Source: a virus. From it: a DNA stretch of 64,000 nt. The notes beneath the pieces were generated by a model, which was not told where the DNA came from, ran no database searches, and saw only the letters and a program-made list of their open reading frames with translations. Positions 45,677-56,213 of the stretch are shown one piece after another. The stretch covers positions 1,581 to 65,580 of IMG/VR virus record IMGVR_UViG_3300027861_000022. The stretch is one strand, 5' to 3'. Each line of letters opens with the position of its first letter. Within the stretch, counting starts at the first letter, position 1. A program made the position numbers and the translations under genes.

Positions 45677-46857
45677 ACTGTTAACCTCTTCAAATTACCA
45701 AAATTTGTTCCAACACTGACATTGACCTTAAATTTTCCCAATGCCGTATTGGAAAAGATTTCTATGATTTCTGGCAGCTTTTCCCTTTCTTCTTCTGAGA
45801 GGTCCAGCACAATAGAATCATGGATCGGGAAAGCAACATATGATTTGCATCCTTTTAGATGATCGGATACTTTTATCATTTGCCGCAAAACACTTTCAGC
45901 GCATGTTGATTGAATGATATAATTTAGGGCTGTCCTTTTCTCAGAGGGAATCACCTTGTCCCAAAAGGTTATCACTTGGCCCTCAGTGAAGTACTTTTGT
46001 ACCACAGAATCTCTATCGTAAGCACGGCTGGCGAGGTAGTCGTCGCTTTCAGGATTGTACAGCCAAGCAAAAATTCTCTTCTTGGCCTCGTCTCTCGTTC
46101 CCAGTCCTCGGAAAACATTCTGGATATTCCAGTCGTGGAGATCCCCCTCCGGTTGGGGCTTTCCCTGTAGCGCAATGAGCGTCCTTAACTCCGCCGCATT
46201 GTAATCAAGCTCCACAAAATAATCGTTATGTGGCTCTATGACACAGCGAAGCTCTTTCTTCAAGGTTAAGATCGGGAAGCTCTTGGGCTCTGTTGTCAAT
46301 CTTCCTGTCTTGGTGCCATAGATGTTAAACTTGCATGAGTGTGTAATCTGTTTTAAAGTCTTAACAAATTTTCTATGATCGGGCTTGAACATGGAGAGGT
46401 TCTTTTGATTTATGTTCAGCTTCCGATATTTCATGTCCTCGATGATTTCAGACAGCGAGACAAGATAATCGTAGTTCTTGGGCTTCTCGCAATTTTCAAA
46501 AACATGCTCGCATATCTGGTTCTTGACTTGGCAGAACTCAATCAGGAACTTTTCAGGAACCAAATCAAAAAAACAGTTCTCATCAAGCGGTACGCAAGCC
46601 GTAGCAAACGATTTGATTAATGCCCTTAACTTATCGCTTGAACGCTCCCAGCGCTCCATTAAGGCCTCTGGACACGCCATATCCAAGGTTGCTCCTCCAC
46701 AATACAGCTTGGCATATTCGATGTCTCTGTTTCTGAGGAATCCTGAGTAAGACCAGGTATGAGTCAGGTCTTCTGAGAGGTCTTGGTTGAATGATAGCTC
46801 ATCGTTTAGATAAACTCCGACGCACTCTTTTTTGTCGTCCAGTGTTTGAAAAAGCAA
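45673..46857 (-). CDS. Minimal family-A DNA polymerase domain
   Basis: GTKTGRL, motif A DYNAAELR, motif B RDEAKKRIFAWLY, NYIIQS, motif C IHDS. Confidence 0.8.
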   Translation of the reverse strand: MLFQTLDDKKECVGVYLNDELSFNQDLSEDLTHTWSYSGFLRNRDIEYAKLYCGGATLDMACPEALMERWERSSDKLRALIKSFATACVPLDENCFFDLVPEKFLIEFCQVKNQICEHVFENCEKPKNYDYLVSLSEIIEDMKYRKLNINQKNLSMFKPDHRKFVKTLKQITHSCKFNIYGTKTGRLTTEPKSFPILTLKKELRCVIEPHNDYFVELDYNAAELRTLIALQGKPQPEGDLHDWNIQNVFRGLGTRDEAKKRIFAWLYNPESDDYLASRAYDRDSVVQKYFTEGQVITFWDKVIPSEKRTALNYIIQSTCAESVLRQMIKVSDHLKGCKSYVAFPIHDSIVLDLSEEEREKLPEIIEIFSNTALGKFKVNVSVGTNFGNLKRLTV

Positions 46858-46859
46858 TT

Positions 46860-48179
46860 TTACCCCAATTCTTTTCTGTAAGATTTAACTATTTCTTGAA
46901 TATATTTATCAAGGTCTTCAAATGGCAGAGGACTTTGATCTTTATAAAAGTTCTTGTTCAGGTTCCAATAATATGAGCCCTCGAGTGAAGGTATATCTTG
47001 GAATACACTACTAATATACCTCATTGCGCGATGAATGTCAACATATTTCTGATAATCTTGTGCATTTTTTTTGATTTTCGCCAATTCATGGCGATCATAG
47101 TTCAAATTCTTTTCCACATTTTTTAAATCAACGTAGAGATCAACCCAATAAGTTTCTGGGTAATCTTGATCAAACTGGTCTTTTTTAAATTTCTCGCGGG
47201 TCACTCGGGTCTGCACGGTGCAACCGCTAACTGGATTGACCTTTTGAGTTTTAAAGGAAGGGAACCTGCGAGCGTAATCTCTATATGTCGTGAACGCTAC
47301 ATTTTTTAATATTTCCAAATCGTTGTTTGATGCTTCGCTGTAATAATCATTGAAGAAGCTGTATAAGCCGAGCCAGCTTTCTCTTCCAGTTATAACCGGC
47401 GAAGCAAGATTAACAACGAGGCGCCATGGTGCGTTGTAGTCCACAAAGAACCCGTACTTTTCCGCTACTCCAACATAATATGAAAAACAAGGATCACTTG
47501 CAAAATCTATTTTATCAGAATCCTTTGAAAAGTCTAAATTTGCTATTTCGATGCAGAGGGCGCTATTGCGAATATTTGAATTACTGATCAAACAAAAAGA
47601 AGAAAAGGTTACAGCGTCAAGTTGATCAGCTATCATCATCAAATGTTCTTTGAAAACAACCATGAAGCTTTCAAAATCTATAATCTTTTCTTTTTTATTG
47701 AATTTTTTAACATATGCTGGAAAAGATCCTTTGACGACATCTTTTATCCATCTGTTATATTCTACATTTATGTCCTCGTAAGCATTATAAACTTTCATCT
47801 CCGAAATAAATGGAATATCGCTCGAAAGTTTTCCGCTTGCTATATCTCTTTGTATGTGGTTTTTCATTTTTTGAAAAGCTGACTCGATAAAGCTAAAAGA
47901 GAATTTGTTTTCATCGTCAACCGAGGTCAGAAGACTCTTGTTCGGAATAACTGCATTGAAATCAGTGTCAACTCTGCCATATAAAGAATTTTCAAATATT
48001 CGAAAATCTCTGATTGGCAGCAACTCTTCTCTTAATCCGCTTGCGGGTGCTGGCGTATATGCGATTTGTTTAAACAAAGATCTCTTATAAAAGATTTTGG
48101 TGCTCCCGAGGTTGTTTGTCGCATTCAGGGCCAATCTTTTGTTTAAATTTGCAATTTCTTTTTTAATGTCGAAAGCCAT
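46860..48179 (-). CDS. Hypothetical protein (439 aa) following the baseplate hub gene
   Basis: Long ORF; GGAG RBS. Confidence 0.75.
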   Translation of the reverse strand: MAFDIKKEIANLNKRLALNATNNLGSTKIFYKRSLFKQIAYTPAPASGLREELLPIRDFRIFENSLYGRVDTDFNAVIPNKSLLTSVDDENKFSFSFIESAFQKMKNHIQRDIASGKLSSDIPFISEMKVYNAYEDINVEYNRWIKDVVKGSFPAYVKKFNKKEKIIDFESFMVVFKEHLMMIADQLDAVTFSSFCLISNSNIRNSALCIEIANLDFSKDSDKIDFASDPCFSYYVGVAEKYGFFVDYNAPWRLVVNLASPVITGRESWLGLYSFFNDYYSEASNNDLEILKNVAFTTYRDYARRFPSFKTQKVNPVSGCTVQTRVTREKFKKDQFDQDYPETYWVDLYVDLKNVEKNLNYDRHELAKIKKNAQDYQKYVDIHRAMRYISSVFQDIPSLEGSYYWNLNKNFYKDQSPLPFEDLDKYIQEIVKSYRKELG

Positions 48180-48193
48180 TTATTCTCCTTTAT

Positions 48194-51100
48194 TTATGTA
48201 TGGTCACCAATGGATCTGGTGGCGGTTATATTATAAGCACGTCCCAAGTCAGCAAACCACAGAAAGAGAGGTCGAAGGAACCTAATAATCCTCGGTTTAC
48301 CCTCGATGTGGGCTGCGAACCGCTCTCCGTAAGCCAAGTATAATCTTCGATACCAATGCGGAGCCAGGTGGTCGAGGTAGACTCGCGCCTCTTCCCAGCG
48401 ATCCGGAATCACGACTCTCGCGACCCAACAGCGGGGGTTGCCCCTAGGGGTGGGCGTCGAAGAAACAGACGGTTGCCCTGCTGTATCCGGCGATCTCGGT
48501 GGTTGCGCAATATCTTTTGTGGCGGTTCCCGCAGAGGAGGCAATACTGCTGTTATTGCAGTTTGAAGTTGGAGTTGCCCCTGGTAAACTTGGGCAGCCAT
48601 CGCCGGAGAATTCGAAAAGAGCCTTGACTTCGGTTTCAAATTTGCCACTTTCTATAAAATTATTAACTTCTGTTATCAAATGATAACCTCCCAAGCCAAG
48701 CTGATTTGAAATCGAGCCAAACCCTTTGTTGCTCGATCGGTCGTCCGGCAGCCCAAGGCCGTTGCCGAAACCTATTGGATTAACAAAAATGTATTGCCCA
48801 GGCCAAAAAATTGTATTTCCAATTAATTTTAAATTAACATTGTAAGTTGCTGCCAACTGAGCCAACGGATTCAAAGATTCTTGCTGGATCCTAGCCTCTC
48901 GCAAATATTGTGCTGAAACTTTTGAAAAACTAACAGATTTTACAAGACCTCTATCGGCCCCCAGGTAGAGGTGATAGATGCCGTTTTTAAAATCTCTTTC
49001 TTCTCGAATCAGCGCGCCTGGGGCGGGCGGGCCAAGCCCGATATAACTATCCGAGTTCAAGAGATAAAAAACATTTAAATGATAAGAATTTTTTAGAGTC
49101 TGCGACTCACTGCTCGCTCTTTTAGATAAATTAAGTTCGCCGGCGTCGTACTTATCTGGATTTATAATAGCGCTCGCATATCCTGTTTCTGACCACTCTT
49201 TCACCTTTTCAAGTGGATTCCCTCCCAAACTATTTTTTCCTTGAGCAGCAGGATTTCCGTCGAGCTTCTCGCTTGGCAAGCTTATTGCCGTTGTTTTCAG
49301 AATAAGTCGGGATATTTCATATAAGGTCGCATCACCGGGGGTCCTAGCTTTCTTTATCGGCGAGTAAGAATCTTGCTCGAGCAACGGGCCCGTACTGGCG
49401 GCCTGCGCGTTGCTAAGCTTCGTGTTAAAATCCTCGGCATTGAACCACAACTGTCGGAATGCTGGACTATCATAACAATCTTTATTCAAGGTGCCTATAA
49501 CAGCGTCACTAATAAAATCTCTCAAAAACTCCAAAACAGGATAATTCCTTTTATTGGGGTTAATTACGTTTTCAAGGTACCATTGATTAAATAATTCCAG
49601 CGAAATTGGAACATCTGCCAGGTTTGCTTGAATTGTCTCAGTATCGCCTTTGTCGTTGACTTCTTTAATTGGGAAAGAGGAGAAGAGAAAAATAAAGTTT
49701 TCCAATTCAACAGAGGAAATGGCGCCTGGGGAGATGAGATCCGTAGAAATATTAACATCGAAGCAGCGCCTGATGACAGCGTTGGCTAGATCTCCAAAAT
49801 AAAACCATGGGATTAGAATTTCCTCTTCGGGCTCGCGTGCAAGATTAGAACGTTTCTGCCGGGGCGGAGGTTGATCAACAGAAAGAAATCCGCCGCTTTC
49901 CAATTCTGTTTTCTTTTTCTCCTTCTGTTCCGTTTTGTAGGCTGGTGACTCATTATCTAATGCTGTCGGCGTTACAAACCTCTTTTTTAGATCTTCTTTG
50001 ATTTCGGCGCGATAGGTTTCTTGCCTCGCGTTGATGCTATCGATGACGTCTTGTTTAAAAACTTTAAGACCGGTGATATTTCCAGCCGCTGATGTCGAAA
50101 AAGCTTCAAAAACTGGGCCGCTGAAAAAATCTTTTCTGAGAAGTTTCGTGAAATATATAACACATTGTAAGTCATCAATGAGGCTCTCAGTTAAAATGTC
50201 CCTCTGAGCTTCATCGATGGATTCAATGGCTTTCGTCTGTCTACCTATCAAGGTGTCAGTGCCGCAGGTCTTTTTTAAATCGTGAATCTTTATCAACCTC
50301 TCATTAATTTCTTCTTTTGATTTGGCGGTTGATAAAATATCCATTCTAGGATCATTCTCTATCGCTTCGAGGCGGGCACGATAAGTTATCGACAATTCAA
50401 ATGTTCCCTCTTGCGTGAATGAAAATTCATGATCGATCAAGGTGAGAAACATGGGTAATTTTTGAGACTTAATAGACTTTAAGAGATTTTTGCTCCGATC
50501 TTCATTCCCGGCATCTAAATTTGGAGGGGTGGCCCAACCTACCAACGCTTTTATTTCATAAAATTTTGGATCATAAACTATGTTGTTGTTCTCTGTGCAA
50601 TTCGGCATAGACTCGGGCGGAGCGGACGGCTGAGCATCGTCTTTGGGCTCAACCGAAGGCCTTAACAATAAGTCCTGGTATTGAAAATTACGGGGCTCTC
50701 CTGTTATGGTGCCTTCTCCTGCGAGGGGTCTTAAAAGTTCGTTAAAACTTTCAAAGAACAAAACGAGAGTTACTTCGATATCATTTCTAACTGTAGCTGG
50801 ATTTGTAGCATTCAACTTCCAATCAAAACTTTTTATTCCGACTCCGGATCTGGGTCCCAAAAGGGCATTGCCAAAGTTTATTTCCACTTCGTCGGCCAGT
50901 TTGCCTTCTTCGTAATAACTCTTGTATAAACGGATCATCGGAACCAGTTGAGAAATTTCGTGGGTCTTTATTCCAATAAAATGTTCTGAATTCTCACAAT
51001 AGGCGAGGCGATTGATTAAGGTTGTCCCATTTCCGTAAGACAGGTAGATCGATTTGTGATAGCGGGGTAATTTTGCAATCGGTGTCGTGGCCACATTGGC

Positions 51101-51913
51101 GCTGGTTATTTGGTGGGCCCTTACATAGTCGCCGATATTTAGCCTTAGTACACATTGAGCAGTCTCTAGCAACATTGTGGCTCTGGTATCCGGGTCTTTA
51201 AAAGCCTCGAGCACTGTGTGGGCCTCGTCCGAGAGGCGGCCGGCTGCTTGTTCTATCTTTGCGAACTTCAAAATGGGGGCTAGGTCCGGGTTGTCTCCAA
51301 CCGCTTCTTCGGCATCTTCTATTAACTTCTGAGTCTCGGCTCGGAGATCTTTGCGCGCGCTATCTTTTTTGTTGTATAGGTACAAAAGCACATCTTGCAT
51401 GTCTGTAATAAGAGGAGAGGCATGCCAGTCATCATAGTTGCCTGTTGTCCTGGCGGTATTATTCCAATCTACCTGGCCCAAGGTTTTTGCTGCTTCTGAC
51501 TGGCCAACGTTACTGGCTGGCAAAATATAAATATCTTGGGGTATGCCGAGCAGTTCTGCAACGAATCTGTTTAACTCTTTTACATATCCCTCATAACCGC
51601 TTCCGCCGCCTTCGTTGGATGTTATAACGAGGTCGTCATGTGTCGTAACCCACTTATCGTAAGCGCCGGGTTTGAGCTTCTCGGCGTCGTCTTTGGTGGG
51701 GGGCGCAGGCTTTGCTTGGTTTATCGTTTTCGCAAAGAAGGCGTCGTAATCTTTAAGAGCGAAGCCGCCTGGCGCTTTCGTAATCCCCAGCCATGGCTCA
51801 ATTGGGTTTTGTGAGTTATCAGCGAGGGTTTTCCAATCGCCTTCAAGCGCTGCCCTGAGTGCGTCATCGGCGCCGATAATGTCTTTTTGATTTTCTTCGT
51901 AATACTTTCCCAT
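48194..51913 (-). CDS. Baseplate hub-like tail protein with a C-terminal CFI-box-like domain
   Basis: GIKSFDW; IGN..FWPGQYI...GYHLITEV..F.T hub signature; terminal CWVAR...AP.WY..LY..YGERFA; position after LysM. Confidence 0.6.
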   Translation of the reverse strand: MGKYYEENQKDIIGADDALRAALEGDWKTLADNSQNPIEPWLGITKAPGGFALKDYDAFFAKTINQAKPAPPTKDDAEKLKPGAYDKWVTTHDDLVITSNEGGGSGYEGYVKELNRFVAELLGIPQDIYILPASNVGQSEAAKTLGQVDWNNTARTTGNYDDWHASPLITDMQDVLLYLYNKKDSARKDLRAETQKLIEDAEEAVGDNPDLAPILKFAKIEQAAGRLSDEAHTVLEAFKDPDTRATMLLETAQCVLRLNIGDYVRAHQITSANVATTPIAKLPRYHKSIYLSYGNGTTLINRLAYCENSEHFIGIKTHEISQLVPMIRLYKSYYEEGKLADEVEINFGNALLGPRSGVGIKSFDWKLNATNPATVRNDIEVTLVLFFESFNELLRPLAGEGTITGEPRNFQYQDLLLRPSVEPKDDAQPSAPPESMPNCTENNNIVYDPKFYEIKALVGWATPPNLDAGNEDRSKNLLKSIKSQKLPMFLTLIDHEFSFTQEGTFELSITYRARLEAIENDPRMDILSTAKSKEEINERLIKIHDLKKTCGTDTLIGRQTKAIESIDEAQRDILTESLIDDLQCVIYFTKLLRKDFFSGPVFEAFSTSAAGNITGLKVFKQDVIDSINARQETYRAEIKEDLKKRFVTPTALDNESPAYKTEQKEKKKTELESGGFLSVDQPPPRQKRSNLAREPEEEILIPWFYFGDLANAVIRRCFDVNISTDLISPGAISSVELENFIFLFSSFPIKEVNDKGDTETIQANLADVPISLELFNQWYLENVINPNKRNYPVLEFLRDFISDAVIGTLNKDCYDSPAFRQLWFNAEDFNTKLSNAQAASTGPLLEQDSYSPIKKARTPGDATLYEISRLILKTTAISLPSEKLDGNPAAQGKNSLGGNPLEKVKEWSETGYASAIINPDKYDAGELNLSKRASSESQTLKNSYHLNVFYLLNSDSYIGLGPPAPGALIREERDFKNGIYHLYLGADRGLVKSVSFSKVSAQYLREARIQQESLNPLAQLAATYNVNLKLIGNTIFWPGQYIFVNPIGFGNGLGLPDDRSSNKGFGSISNQLGLGGYHLITEVNNFIESGKFETEVKALFEFSGDGCPSLPGATPTSNCNNSSIASSAGTATKDIAQPPRSPDTAGQPSVSSTPTPRGNPRCWVARVVIPDRWEEARVYLDHLAPHWYRRLYLAYGERFAAHIEGKPRIIRFLRPLFLWFADLGRAYNITATRSIGDHT

Positions 51914-51929
51914 AGTTTAATGCAGCCCC

Positions 51930-52283
51930 TTATTGACTAAAATAAGTCAATGCCCTCTCGGAATCAACTGGGACCATGATTGTATCGCCGATGTTGACAT
52001 GGCTCTCCGTTGGAGTTTGATTGTACCAAGCAATAAGCCACCACAGTTCAGGATTCCCATAATATTCATATGCCAATTTATAAAATCTATCACCCAGTTT
52101 CCAAACATAATTATCATACTGAATTGATCTTCTTCTCGCGACTGTAAGCTGAGGGAAGCTGGGCGATGCGTATTGAACAACTTGTTTAATGTTCCTGTTA
52201 TCCAGGAATTCTTGATAAATTGATTCGGCGCCTTCGTCGGTTGGGTTATTAAGTAATTTTCTTCTTCCTGAGTATCTTGACAT
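51930..52283 (-). CDS. LysM-like baseplate protein (gp53/tail X-like)
   Basis: WKLGDRFYKLAYEYYGNPELWWLIAWYN. Confidence 0.82.
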   Translation of the reverse strand: MSRYSGRRKLLNNPTDEGAESIYQEFLDNRNIKQVVQYASPSFPQLTVARRRSIQYDNYVWKLGDRFYKLAYEYYGNPELWWLIAWYNQTPTESHVNIGDTIMVPVDSERALTYFSQ

Positions 52284-52317
52284 TTAATGTTTTTCCTTTT
52301 TAAAAATTCAGCGCCGA

Positions 52318-53400
52318 CTATCGCTGGAAGCGATAAAGTTTATCGCCGATGGCACGATAGTCTTCACTAGTCAACTCCATTCCTGCGGCCTGGCGGGCTT
52401 CTGCGATATTCGCTGATAGCTTTCTTGCGCGGAGTTGCTGTCTATCCGCCTTTTTCCGGGCGCGGTCGATTTGCCTGTCCGAAGTGATCATGTCCGCATC
52501 GGCCGCGTCCTGAATCGCTTTATCAAGGGCGGCATCGAACTGAGCTTCTTCTTCTGCTTCAAAATCTTCGCCACGTCGGGCTTCGTTGGCCGCTCCGAGC
52601 CGCGAGATAAAGCGAGAAAAAGGTAAATTTGGAAACCTCGAAAGCTCATACGGCCATCTGTTGTTGCCATTGTGTCCGATAGTTGTTTGATGTAAGACCG
52701 TCATGGTACAGGAAAATTTCAGTAGTTTAGGCACCAAGTTATCCCCTTTCATGAAACCAACCTCTCTGCCAGAAGTAGCTAGTGAGTCCTCGTTTGATTC
52801 AAACCAGCCGGCTTCTAGATCTGGCGCGAAAGTTATTCCGTCAAGTGTGACAAGCAACTCTGTGCCGTTCAATCCTCGAATCAGGTTTCGAAATCTGACT
52901 TTGATCATCGGCGACTTATTTATTGTAGAAACAGATCCCAGGGCGGAGTCGGAGCTTCGGCGTTGTTCATATGATGGGTATAACATTCTTGTTAATTCTG
53001 CGGCATTAAACATGTTGGTGGCCGCTTCTTTAAAAGAACCAGCAGGCGCGTCCCAGCCGATGCTTATTTTCCGCGTTGTATTTTTGAAAGTTTGGATTGG
53101 ATCGTTTCTTCCGTAGACCTGTTCGCTGTTCCATTCACTGCTAAATTGGTCTTCATATTGAGTGAGCATCGCTTTGAATTTGACGGATACTCCGCTTATA
53201 GTTGATGTAAGCCATATATAATTATCAAGAGCATTCGCATATTTGTCCGTCGGGTCAGACCAGAATGACCCCTGATCGTCGCCTAGATTACGACCGGAGT
53301 GAAATTGCGGATCTATCACTTGTGGATTTCTTCGTGCCTCTCTTGCTTCGAGTCTTTGGACCTTTCTCGTCGCCTTGTCTTTGCCTGTGTTTTTTGCCAT
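52318..53400 (-). CDS. Tail tube initiator/baseplate protein
   Basis: W.SEQVYGRNDPIQTFKNTTRKI; position after the tape measure. Confidence 0.65.
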   Translation of the reverse strand: MAKNTGKDKATRKVQRLEAREARRNPQVIDPQFHSGRNLGDDQGSFWSDPTDKYANALDNYIWLTSTISGVSVKFKAMLTQYEDQFSSEWNSEQVYGRNDPIQTFKNTTRKISIGWDAPAGSFKEAATNMFNAAELTRMLYPSYEQRRSSDSALGSVSTINKSPMIKVRFRNLIRGLNGTELLVTLDGITFAPDLEAGWFESNEDSLATSGREVGFMKGDNLVPKLLKFSCTMTVLHQTTIGHNGNNRWPYELSRFPNLPFSRFISRLGAANEARRGEDFEAEEEAQFDAALDKAIQDAADADMITSDRQIDRARKKADRQQLRARKLSANIAEARQAAGMELTSEDYRAIGDKLYRFQR

Positions 53401-53403
53401 TAT

Positions 53404-55569
53404 TTAGTTCCCATCCGTAACTGCGCTGAGGGCTTTATTAGCTGTGTCCTTAATTGTCCCCTTTAGATATCTATCGGCATGGTCGCCCCACTCCAATTTG
53501 ACGACTACTTCTTGCGCAGCCGCTGGGGCTGTTGTCAGGGTAGAAGAAGCTGCTGGTCGAGAAGAAGCAGTGTTCGCGGCTGCGAGGGCCGTTGTTCCCA
53601 CTCCAGCTTCGGCGCGAACTCTTGCTCGGGCAGACCTTGGGCGCTGGGCCTTAGCGAGAGCCTTCTCACTCCTTAGTGTGGAGATACTGATATCACTCGT
53701 ATTTTTGAGTGATTTGTTTAATTCATCGGAGGCGCTTTTTACTCCGTGCATTTCTTCTCCCAACTTGTGATTTGCTTTCCCAAACTTTCTGATGCCTTGA
53801 ATAAAATTTGACTCGCCAACGTCAGTAAAAAACATCATATTCATCAGCGCCGTGAGTGCTGCGAGGGCGGCGCCTACGGCGACGACGATTCCAAGTAAGG
53901 GCCACGTTAAGCCATACATCGCAACTGCGACGGCGCCGGTGGCTATTGAGAGACCCCAAAAGGCAGCCTCAAGAAACCCGAGTTGTTCATAAAGCGCCAT
54001 TGTGATTCCAATCGCGATGAGGACTGCCCCCAGAGGGAGGAGGACTGCCCCCCAGCCGAACGCTGCCGAGATTCCCATTGCGGTCCAGGCGGCGGAAAGA
54101 ACTAGGATCGTAGCAGCGAGCTTTACAATTGATGGTCGAATTTCTTCAAATGCTTTTTTCTGTTCCTGGATACTTTCGAGAAAATCTTTAAATTTCTTGA
54201 TCACTGGTCTCATTTGGACTGCGAACATTCTCATAATTTGAAGTAATTCTTCACCAATCTCATTGAACTCTTTTGTTTGCTCGGCCAATCTTTGAATCTC
54301 TGCTTGGCTTTTCTGGGCTCCGCCGGCGACTCCAGTAAAATTTCCGGCCATAACGAGAGCAAGTTCATTGACATCAGATAATCCTGCTGCTGCTGCGATT
54401 GATTTCTTTTCGTAATATGTTAGTTGATCAAAACTTTTCCCGGCCTTGTTTAATGCTCCGCTAAGCATTCTCATTCTTTCTGTCGGATCTGTCTGCATGA
54501 CCATTTCCATAGAATTCAAGAATGGTCCTCCGAGAAGAGCGTTTAGTTTTCCGACTGATGTTGCTGCGCCTTCGAATGTATCGAACTGTTCAACGATTCC
54601 GAGCATTTGCTGGACTTCCATGCCAGAAGCGCGAGCGGCTGTTGCCAATTTCTTGAAAACTCTTCCGGCGTCTTTTCCAAATGCTGCTAGCTTAGGTTGG
54701 GCGGATTTGAAGCCCTCGGCCATTTCTGCCGGTGGCATGCCTATTTGTTGTGCGAGGGCGAATAGCTCTATTTGGTATTTAGCAGATTCTTTAACGCTCA
54801 TGCCCAGGGCGCGGGTCATAAAATGAACATTCGCTCCTGTTGTATCAGCAGAAACTCCCAATTCTTGTAATATTGCAGTTGTTTCCATCAAATCCTTGCG
54901 GGCTAATGATGACATGGTTTTTAATCCGTGAACCGTTCGAACCAAGGCACCGCCAGCTTCGGCCGCGTCTGTCATATTGACACCGTGTGTGTATAAATTT
55001 TCTTCGAGGGCTGCTAGTTCATCTCCGTATAGCCTGGCCGCTCCGGTCTGCCTGTTGAAAGAGACGAGTGCGGCATCCTGTTCCCACATCAGTTGGGTGG
55101 TTGCTTGAGTAAATTTTAAAAGTACACTGTAGGCCATATTTTGGATAGAGAATGTCTTCATCATCGACCCGGCCCATTTCTTAAAAGCTTTGCCGCTTGT
55201 CAATGTGGCCGATATCGAACCGAGCATCGACGTCTCATAACTTTTGTTCATTCCAACAAGACCGCCAAGAGCATCGGTGAGAGCTTGCGTACTAGCTGTC
55301 TGCTCCTTGTCGAGTTCTTGTAGTTTCTTTAAGTTGGCGATCTTTTTCTCTTGACCGCCTCTGAGGATTTGTTCTGCCTGGGCCAGCTTAAGATCGATAG
55401 CGAGGGTTAACTCACCCTGTTTAACAGCATCCCTCTCGATGAGAAGGAGTTCTTCGAGGAGTTTCTTTTCTTCCTCAAGATCGGCTAATCGTTGTCGTTT
55501 GCGTTCTTCGCGCTCGGCAGCTATCTCTCCGGCCCGGCGATTTTTTGCTTCTTCTTCTGTTTCGGCCAT
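53404..55569 (-). CDS. Tape measure protein
   Basis: Ala-rich helical 721 aa with hydrophobic segments; syntenic. Confidence 0.8.
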   Translation of the reverse strand: MAETEEEAKNRRAGEIAAEREERKRQRLADLEEEKKLLEELLLIERDAVKQGELTLAIDLKLAQAEQILRGGQEKKIANLKKLQELDKEQTASTQALTDALGGLVGMNKSYETSMLGSISATLTSGKAFKKWAGSMMKTFSIQNMAYSVLLKFTQATTQLMWEQDAALVSFNRQTGAARLYGDELAALEENLYTHGVNMTDAAEAGGALVRTVHGLKTMSSLARKDLMETTAILQELGVSADTTGANVHFMTRALGMSVKESAKYQIELFALAQQIGMPPAEMAEGFKSAQPKLAAFGKDAGRVFKKLATAARASGMEVQQMLGIVEQFDTFEGAATSVGKLNALLGGPFLNSMEMVMQTDPTERMRMLSGALNKAGKSFDQLTYYEKKSIAAAAGLSDVNELALVMAGNFTGVAGGAQKSQAEIQRLAEQTKEFNEIGEELLQIMRMFAVQMRPVIKKFKDFLESIQEQKKAFEEIRPSIVKLAATILVLSAAWTAMGISAAFGWGAVLLPLGAVLIAIGITMALYEQLGFLEAAFWGLSIATGAVAVAMYGLTWPLLGIVVAVGAALAALTALMNMMFFTDVGESNFIQGIRKFGKANHKLGEEMHGVKSASDELNKSLKNTSDISISTLRSEKALAKAQRPRSARARVRAEAGVGTTALAAANTASSRPAASSTLTTAPAAAQEVVVKLEWGDHADRYLKGTIKDTANKALSAVTDGN

Positions 55570-55583
55570 TTCTTAAAGTTTTC

Positions 55584-55925
55584 CTATTTGAACGGCCATT
55601 TTATGCCCGTCTTTTTTTCGAATGCAGAGACCGCTCGATTGAGCCTTGATTTCTGTCTATATGTTGCTGGATCGTTTAAACCGTGCTGCTTTGCGGCTTC
55701 AATATATTTCTTCTCATTTCCAACGGCTCTCGCAAAAGCCTTAATATCCTCTGGCTTTCCCCTGATTCCTCCTGTGACAAAGGGCATTCCGAACATATGT
55801 TTGACAATATTCTCAACCCAAAATCCCATCATTCTCAAAAAGCTTTCGTTTAATTGATCATTCTTTTTTAGCTCTTCAAGATCGATGATAACCTTTACGA
55901 TCTCACCTTCATTTAAAGATTCCAT
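55584..55925 (-). CDS. Hypothetical late protein
   Basis: ACTATTTA at 55956-55963. Confidence 0.7.
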   Translation of the reverse strand: MESLNEGEIVKVIIDLEELKKNDQLNESFLRMMGFWVENIVKHMFGMPFVTGGIRGKPEDIKAFARAVGNEKKYIEAAKQHGLNDPATYRQKSRLNRAVSAFEKKTGIKWPFK

Positions 55926-55972
55926 ATATAAACCCTCTCATAGCATGCACTACAATAAATAGTAGCCCAAAT

Positions 55973-56000
55973 AAAAAGAAGCCGGTAATCCCGGCTTCTT
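55973..56000 (-). terminator. Intrinsic terminator
   Basis: AAGAAGCCGG-GATTA-CCGGCTTCTT followed by T run. Confidence 0.8.
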
Positions 56001-56213
56001 CATTTTTTACTTGAAAAGCGTGACTTCTTAGATGACTTTTCGGAGGCCTCTTTTTCTTTGTTCATTTGTTCAATCAACTTTTCCAAGAACCACCTTCGAA
56101 TACTTATTGGCAGGTTATAGGCCTCTGTAAAGGACCAGCCACCATAGTATTTTAGGACAAAAAACTCTTCGTAAACGCTTTCAATGTATTCATTGCTTAG
56201 GCCAAAAGAAGTC
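56000..56213 (-). CDS. Tail chaperone second frame (gp51/T-like), probably reached by frameshift
   Basis: EY...YEEFFVLKYYGGWSF.EAY.LP...R.WF; no suitable start codon of its own. Confidence 0.6.
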
